Origin: Pseudomonadota bacterium
GTDB lineage: Bacteria; Bdellovibrionota_B; Oligoflexia; Oligoflexales; CAIMVM01
Length of the DNA: 34,717 bases
Assembly (NCBI GenBank): GCA_037142195.1
Contig: JBAXBA010000035.1
Span: 1-34,717 of the forward strand
Direction: 5' to 3'
The translations under genes and the position numbers were made by a program. The notes under the pieces were generated by a model, which did not search any database, was not told where the DNA came from, and was given only the letters and a program-made list of their open reading frames with translations. Shown piece by piece: positions 28,877-34,717 of the stretch (position 1 is its first letter; the number at the start of each line of letters is the position of its first letter).

Positions 28877-30477
28877 TTTTTAGGCCTGAAAAAATCATTT
28901 CCCTTATTGTCGACGATGATAAATGCTGGAAAGTCTTTCACTTCAATTTTCCAAACGGCTTCCATACCAAGTTCTTTAAAATCTAATACTTCGACATGGG
29001 TAATGCAGTCCTTGCCAAGTCTGGCTGCAGGCCCTCCAATAGATCCCAGATAAAATCCACCATAGGACTTACAGGCTTCTGTGACACTTTGCGAGCGATT
29101 GCCTTTACCAAGCATGATCAAAGAAGCTCCGTTTTTTTGGAACTCTCCCACATAGGGATCCATTCGCTCGGAGGTGGTAGGCCCAAAAGAGCCACTAGCT
29201 GCACCTGGTGGGGTTTTGGCAGGTCCTGCATAATAGACGGGAAACTTTTTAAAATAGTCAGGAAGGCTTCCTGCCTTTAATAGCTCCATAAGTTTGGCGT
29301 GAGCGATGTCACGAGCGACGATTAATGTACCATTTAAGGATAAACGAGTTGCTACGGGATATTGGTCTAATTCTTTTAATATAGTGGCCATGGGAAGATT
29401 TAAATCAATATTTACACAGTGCCCTTCAAGGGTTTTGTTGTGGGGTAGAAAACGTAGGGGATCTTCTTCTAGTTTTTCTAAAAAAACGCCGTCTTTATTT
29501 ATTTTAGCCTTAATTTGCCGATCTGCTGAGCAACTCACACCAATTCCCACAGGGCAGCTCGCTCCGTGCCTAGGAAGCCGAATCACTTTAACATCGTGGA
29601 CGAGGTACTTGCCCCCAAACTGCGCTCCGATTCCCGTTTCTCGGGCCCACACTTCCACAAGTTTCTCTAATTCTTTATCCCTAAAAGCTCGTCCACCTTT
29701 AGACCCTTCACCCGGAAGGTCATCATAGTAGCCACAGCTGGCAAGCTTTACAGTCTTCAAGTTCATTTCAGCGCTCGTTCCACCTATAACCAAAGCAAGG
29801 TGATAAGGAGGACAAGCTGCGGTGCCCAAGGACATCAAAGCCTCTTTGACAAAGGTCTCCATCGAAGAAGGATTGAGAAGGCTCTTCGTTTTTTGATAGA
29901 GGTAGCTTTTGTTGGCAGAACCACCGCCTTTGGCTATGAACAAAAACTCATATGCGGAGCCTTTTTCAGCATAGATGTCGATCTGGGCCGGAAGATTACT
30001 TCCGGTGTTTTTTTCTTCATACATAGAAAGGGGAGCCAGCTGACTATAGCGAAGGTTTCTGGACTGAAAAATATTGTAAACACCCTCGGACAGAGCCTTT
30101 TCATCGTCAATTCCTGTGTATACGTTTTCACCTTTTTTACCCATAATGATAGCGGTGCCTGTATCCTGGCAGCTAGGATATTTACGGTCAGCGGCGATAA
30201 CCGCATTGCGGAGCAATTCTAAAGCGACAAACCGGTCATTTTCAGAGGCTTCAGGGTCGTCTAGAATTTTTGCAACTTTTTCAAGATGCTTCGTGCGCAA
30301 AAGGTGACTCACATCATCAAAAGCAGTCTCGGCAAGCCCAGTTAGAGCCTCGGCTGAAATCTTTAAGATCTCTCTCGGGCCATGTTGTTCGAGGGAGACT
30401 CCTTTAATGTCCAACTTACGGTAAAGGGTTTCATCTTTGCTTTTTTCAAAAATGGGCTGAAATTCAAACTGACTCAT
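28873..30477 (-). CDS. fumA: Fumarate hydratase class I (Fe-S)
   Basis: [27 protein letters not shown] and GPTT motifs; AGGAGG RBS. Confidence 0.95.
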   Translation of the reverse strand: MSQFEFQPIFEKSKDETLYRKLDIKGVSLEQHGPREILKISAEALTGLAETAFDDVSHLLRTKHLEKVAKILDDPEASENDRFVALELLRNAVIAADRKYPSCQDTGTAIIMGKKGENVYTGIDDEKALSEGVYNIFQSRNLRYSQLAPLSMYEEKNTGSNLPAQIDIYAEKGSAYEFLFIAKGGGSANKSYLYQKTKSLLNPSSMETFVKEALMSLGTAACPPYHLALVIGGTSAEMNLKTVKLASCGYYDDLPGEGSKGGRAFRDKELEKLVEVWARETGIGAQFGGKYLVHDVKVIRLPRHGASCPVGIGVSCSADRQIKAKINKDGVFLEKLEEDPLRFLPHNKTLEGHCVNIDLNLPMATILKELDQYPVATRLSLNGTLIVARDIAHAKLMELLKAGSLPDYFKKFPVYYAGPAKTPPGAASGSFGPTTSERMDPYVGEFQKNGASLIMLGKGNRSQSVTEACKSYGGFYLGSIGGPAARLGKDCITHVEVLDFKELGMEAVWKIEVKDFPAFIIVDNKGNDFFRPKK

Positions 30478-30667
30478 GGCTATTCCTCCTTAAATCTTCC
30501 AAGTACAATGTAGCATGTCTCGTCGATTCCTCAATCAAGTGTCGAGAAAAGTAGTAGCTTTTTCAAGGAAACGGCTGCTTTAAAAAGAGCTAGGCCTTGA
30601 CGGGATTTGTGAAACTCACTCGCCTAAAGGGATAGCAGTCGAACACTTGCGATTCGCTCTCTCGGGC

Positions 30668-30823
30668 CTAACCCAGTGCCGCTAAGTAATCGGAAACAGA
30701 CTGCTCCATTCCCACATCTAGGGCTCTTGTGATCAAGTGATGACCAATGGATACCTCATCTATGCCAGGGCACTCTTTTTGAAGGAGACGTAAATTGAGG
30801 TGGATTAAATCATGGCCAGCATT
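30668..30823 (-). pseudogene. Stranded duplicate of the pdxJ 3' end (last 51 codons + TAG)
   Basis: 30670-30823 matches 32509-32662 at 150/154 positions. Confidence 0.95.
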
Positions 30824-31054
30824 GTTTGTTAGCAACGGCAACATGACTTTCGATCTTTATAGATTACCAAAGTTGATGCATTAGGATCTTATCTCACATT
30901 TAGCTTTTTTGTGATGCGGATCGCGACTGTCTTTTTACGATTTTCCTAAGACTTTCTTGACTCAGTGTGATAACTGAGCCTCTTTACAGCAAAATTTTTC
31001 TATCTTTCATTCCCGAAAGGCTTCCTCAAGAATAATTCTATCAGGCTAATTTTA

Positions 31055-31083
31055 TTGACAAATTATAAATTGGAAGTTAAACT
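31055..31083 (+). promoter_or_regulatory. Sigma-70 promoter of the ATPase gene
   Basis: TTGACA-N17-TAAACT. Confidence 0.65.
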
Positions 31084-31109
31084 TCGGATTATCTTGATTG
31101 GGGGGAGTA

Positions 31110-32231
31110 GTGATTCTCAAAAGACGAATAGAGCTAAATCCCAAAAAAAATTACCTACTTCTAGGCCCTAGACGCGTTGGCAAGAGCACATTTCTGAAGT
31201 CCGAAGTGACAGCTGAAATGCGAATAGATTTGCTCATGAGTGATGTCTATTTCGAATACCGATCGAGACCCGCACTTTTACGTGAAAGATTACAAAACAG
31301 CGAAGGAACTGTCGTCATTGATGAAATTCAAAGAATTCCAGAGCTATCTCACGAAGTGCACTGGTTAATTGAAAATACTAATCTACGTTTTATACTCTCT
31401 GGCTCAAGCGCTAGAAAACTACGCAAGCAAGGTGTGACCAATCTTGCAGGCCGGCTGCGAACGGAACGAATGTTTCCCCTGACTTGGCAGGAATGTCCTT
31501 CTGACGTAACCTTAATGAGATTGCTGCAATATGGTGCCCTTCCACCCATTTTGTTTTCTGACGAGCCAGAGTTGGACCTTAAAGACTACTGTGGAGAGTA
31601 TTTAAGAGAAGAAGTACACGCTGAAGGTTTTGTTCGCAATTTGCAAGCTTTTACAAGATTCCTGGAACTTGCAGCATTTTCTAATGCCGAAATCATTTCC
31701 TACACAGCTACAGCCAGGGACTGCGGCGTTAGCGCTAAAACAGTCGCTGAGTATTATCAAATTCTTGAAGACACCCTTTTAGGCTATTTTCTAGAGCCGT
31801 TTACCAAAACAAAAAAATGTCGCGCTATTCAGACAAAGAAATTCTATTACTTTGATTGCGGCGTTACCAATTGCCTTCTTGATCGTAAACTTTCCGAAAA
31901 AACAGCTGAATTTGGGAAGAGTTTTGAACAATTTATTGTCCTCGAAACTCTAGCAGCAGCAAGTTACAACAAAAATATCAGTCGTGTTAATTTTTGGCGC
32001 TCCGCAAATGGGCATGAAGTTGATCTTCTCCTTAATGAAAATACAGCTGTAGAAATTAAATCACGTGGCGCCCATATTTCGGATGCTGCCGGGATTCTCG
32101 CTTTAGAAGAAGATATTCCTTTAAAAAACAAGTGGATCGTGACTACGGAATCAAGCTCTCGCCAATTGGCAAATGGCATCGAAGTATTGACTTGGAAGGA
32201 TTACCTGCAGCGCCTTAGTGCTATTTTATAA
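31110..32231 (+). CDS. AAA14 ATPase with DUF4143 / PD-(D/E)xK-like C-terminal domain
   Basis: Walker A GPRRVGKS, Walker B VVIDE, SGSS, GALP, KFYYFDCG and EVDLL...VEIKS. Start is either 31098 (TTG) or 31110 (GTG). Confidence 0.9.
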   Translation: MILKRRIELNPKKNYLLLGPRRVGKSTFLKSEVTAEMRIDLLMSDVYFEYRSRPALLRERLQNSEGTVVIDEIQRIPELSHEVHWLIENTNLRFILSGSSARKLRKQGVTNLAGRLRTERMFPLTWQECPSDVTLMRLLQYGALPPILFSDEPELDLKDYCGEYLREEVHAEGFVRNLQAFTRFLELAAFSNAEIISYTATARDCGVSAKTVAEYYQILEDTLLGYFLEPFTKTKKCRAIQTKKFYYFDCGVTNCLLDRKLSEKTAEFGKSFEQFIVLETLAAASYNKNISRVNFWRSANGHEVDLLLNENTAVEIKSRGAHISDAAGILALEEDIPLKNKWIVTTESSSRQLANGIEVLTWKDYLQRLSAIL

Positions 32232-32506
32232 CGTCCCATATGAGTGCAGCTACTGTTTCAGTTTTAGCTTTCATTATTTCAAAAAACAAAGAAAGCTTAT
32301 TAAATTTTCCGGTTTCTGCTAGGAGGAGCCAAAAAAGTGAGCTTTCACAAATATGCCGTATAAATCATTAATGTTTGAAAATACTCCCTTAAATAAACTA
32401 TGCCAGCTACATAAAGTCTCGTTTTGACATACCTATGGGTGATCTAGTAATTACAGGATGTTAAATGGAAAATGGTTAAGGTTGCATAAGTTTTTTGCTA
32501 ACTGCT

Positions 32507-33229
32507 TCAACCCAGTGCCGCTAAGTAATCGGAAACAGACTGCTCCATTCCCACATCTAGGGCTCTTGTGATCAAGTGATGACCAATGGATACCTCATCT
32601 ATGCCAGGGCACTCTTTTTGAAGGAGACGCAGATTGAGGTGGGTTAAATCATGCCCAGCATTAACTCCAAGGCCCCATTCTTTTGCTTTGGATATAGTTT
32701 GGTTAATTGCCAAAATTTCTTTTGAAGAGTCACCCTTTAAAAAACTTTTGGCAAAAGGTTCCGTGTAGATTTCAATTCGATCGGCACCAATGCGAGCTGC
32801 CGATGCTACGGCTGCTGGATCTCCTGCATCTACAAAAAGGGAGACGCGCACCTGATGACTTTTGATTTTTTGGATGATGGGCTCCAAAAGCCAGGCATAG
32901 CTTTCAAAGTCCCAGCCATGATCACTGGTAATTTCTCCAGGGCGGACAGGCACAAGAGTGCATTGAGTGGGCTTTAAGGAAAACACGAGGTCTAGAAAGC
33001 CTTCTCTCAGATCGCCTTCAAAGTTGGTCTCAACAGACGTAATTTCTCGAGAAATGTCGAATACATCTTGCCGGGTTATATGTCTTTCATCAGCCCTAGG
33101 ATGTATGGTGATGCCGTGGGCCCCGTAGCTTACGATCTTATGGGCAAACTCCACTAAATGAGGTTCAAGCCCCTGTCTGGAGTTTCTTAAGGTTCCGATT
33201 TTATTTATATTTACTGAAAGTTTAGTCAT
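32507..33229 (-). CDS. pdxJ: Pyridoxine 5'-phosphate synthase
   Basis: LSVNINKIGTLRNSR, HPRADERH, NAGHDL and EVSIGH. Confidence 0.96.
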   Translation of the reverse strand: MTKLSVNINKIGTLRNSRQGLEPHLVEFAHKIVSYGAHGITIHPRADERHITRQDVFDISREITSVETNFEGDLREGFLDLVFSLKPTQCTLVPVRPGEITSDHGWDFESYAWLLEPIIQKIKSHQVRVSLFVDAGDPAAVASAARIGADRIEIYTEPFAKSFLKGDSSKEILAINQTISKAKEWGLGVNAGHDLTHLNLRLLQKECPGIDEVSIGHHLITRALDVGMEQSVSDYLAALG

Positions 33230-33322
33230 ACTTTGCTCGTTAAATTAAGGGTCGAAAAAGATTTATCATCAATCCCCTGAAGAACCAAGATAATTGCAAA
33301 GGCGAGCGGACGCCGAGGTGCA

Positions 33323-33360
33323 TTCCGTCCTATCTAGTAGTTCCTTCCGTCCTATCTAGT
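33323..33360. repeat. 16-bp direct repeat TTCCGTCCTATCTAGT x2 (period 22)
   Basis: Copies at 33323-33338 and 33345-33360 in the divergent pdxJ/cysE intergenic region. Confidence 0.9.
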
Positions 33361-33445
33361 CGTGCGTAGGAGTTATTTTCCTCTGGGCTCCCCAAGAAGG
33401 GGGCCTATAATAGCTTTTAGGAGTCGACGAAGTTGGGGGAAGTCT

Positions 33446-33988
33446 TTGGCCTTTGAAAGTTTAAAAATGCTGGGAAGAGATTTTAGGGATTTGCCTGAAT
33501 CCATTAAAAAACGTGACCCTGCGGCATTGTCTTGGGCCGAAGTCGTTTTTTTGTATCCTGGCTTTAAGGCGGTAATCTTTCATCGTCTGGCCCATTTTTT
33601 TTGGCTTTTAGATCTTAGTTTTCTCGCAAGATCGATTTCTGAGATCGCTCGTTTTCTGACAGGAATCGAAATCCATCCAGGCGCCAAGATAGGCAGTAGG
33701 TTATTTATCGATCATGGCCTAGGGGTGGTGATCGGGGAAACCTCGATAATTGGCGACGACGTCACTATTTACCACGGCGTAACCCTTGGAGGAACAGCAC
33801 TTGATCGGGTCAAAAGACACCCCACCATCGGCCACCACGTGATCCTCGGAGCAGGGGCTTCAATTATTGGAGCGATAACCATCGGTGACCTGGCTAAAAT
33901 TGGTACTAATGCTCTGATCTTGGAAGACGTCCCAGCTGGGGCTATCTACGTAGCAGAAAAAGCGAGACCCATTGTAGGATCTCGCTGA
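33446..33988 (+). CDS. cysE: Serine O-acetyltransferase
   Basis: [32 protein letters not shown] and KRHPTIG. Start is either 33446 (TTG) or 33467 (ATG). Confidence 0.92.
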   Translation: MAFESLKMLGRDFRDLPESIKKRDPAALSWAEVVFLYPGFKAVIFHRLAHFFWLLDLSFLARSISEIARFLTGIEIHPGAKIGSRLFIDHGLGVVIGETSIIGDDVTIYHGVTLGGTALDRVKRHPTIGHHVILGAGASIIGAITIGDLAKIGTNALILEDVPAGAIYVAEKARPIVGSR

Positions 33989-34181
33989 GGTTTAAATTTG
34001 ATAATGGCATGCAGAGCGTTAAAAAAGCGATTTTTAAACTTTTACCCTTGAAGCAGAGAGCGTTCCAAAATGCTTTTTGGCGGTGAATCCAGTCCTCTTG
34101 AGGAGCCTTTCTATCAGAGGATGCTTTCCATCATCATCATCATCTGGGAAGCAAGTGACTTGAAGTGCGGCGTTCTTCCAT

Positions 34182-34625
34182 TCAAAATTTTGCAGTTAAG
34201 GGCATAAGTTGATCTGCGAAGGCATTGCCAAACTTATGGGCATCTCCTGGCCACCTTGCGGAAATATAATGATGATCAATTAAGACGAATCCTGCTCGAA
34301 GGTTGCTCGGGGAATCTCTTCTTAAGGGCAGCGGTCCGCGCACAAAATCTGTTGGTTTCTCTAGCGAACGGACTACTTCGGATTCCACGGTTTCGGGGTA
34401 GGTTCTGTAATAGTCTTTCAGCCAGAGGCAAGTAAGTGCCCAAGCGGCTAACTCCTGAGTGGCAAGCAAACCCGTTGTTTTTCGTCCATAGAGAACGCTT
34501 TTTCCATCGAACCGGCGTGATCGGGATGCCAGTACGGTTCCGTGACAAATGGCACCGACTAACTTATCCGAAGCGAAAAACTGTCCTACTACCTTTTGCA
34601 GAATCAGGGATTCCAGATATGGGCA
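34182..34625 (-). pseudogene. 5'-truncated DJ-1/PfpI (class I glutamine amidotransferase-like) gene
   Basis: The frame upstream of the listed ORF reads PYLESLILQKVVGQFFASDKLVGAICHG... and ends SARWPGDAH. An in-frame TGA sits at 34638-34640, with no start codon or N-terminal half. Confidence 0.8.
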
Positions 34626-34717
34626 ATAAATTAACTGTCAAAAAGGAACTCACTCCATAGCCACCAAAAGCCTGCGAGAGATCCAACAGGCAAGCAAATA
34701 GTGTCTTGAGTGGATAT

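Larger units (their letters stand above)
30670..32662. mobile_element. Putative integrative islet in the pdxJ 3' end (repeat unit 1839 bp)
   Basis: 154-bp direct repeats flank a single ATPase gene; no integrase is present. Confidence 0.65.

Noticed and set aside
28996..30307. Several 60-140-aa ORFs antisense to or overlapping fumA (likewise those over aapJ/M, the rhomboid, RRM and M17 genes)
   Set aside because: Shadow ORFs of well-supported genes, with no motifs or RBS.
30670..32662. Diversity-generating retroelement template/variable repeat pair
   Set aside because: No reverse transcriptase in the window, the mismatches are not confined to adenines, and the target is a housekeeping enzyme.
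34128..34144. (CAT)n microsatellite or run of TGA codons as a recoding signal
   Set aside because: Very short, lies outside any supported gene, and no SECIS-like context is evident.

Overview
Bacterial chromosomal window; gene content and promoter style suggest Bdellovibrionota/Oligoflexia (inference). It opens at what looks like the last 19 nt of a 5S rRNA plus its terminator. About 4.9 kb of accessory debris follows: a headless CxxCH protein fragment, a complete IS256-family element (24-bp imperfect IRs, 8-bp TSD GTAAAATC, frameshifted transposase) and an MqsR/MqsA-like toxin-antitoxin pair behind a near-consensus sigma-28 promoter. The middle holds a membrane polyferredoxin plus flavin/2Fe-2S reductase, an M17 aminopeptidase, two related Tat-exported proteins, a rhomboid-led operon, an OMP, DoxX, a lipoprotein cytochrome, a prepilin-type protein, a GT9, aapJQMP, hemH, a TonB-like protein, a lipoprotein lambda-type lysozyme, an RRM protein, a 13-bp tandem repeat, aspartoacylase and class I fumarase. 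The most striking structure is an integrase-free 1.84-kb islet carrying one AAA14/DUF4143 ATPase, bracketed by a 154-bp direct duplication of the pdxJ 3' end. The window closes with cysE and another headless gene (DJ-1/PfpI). All family calls come from motif recognition; no database searches were run.
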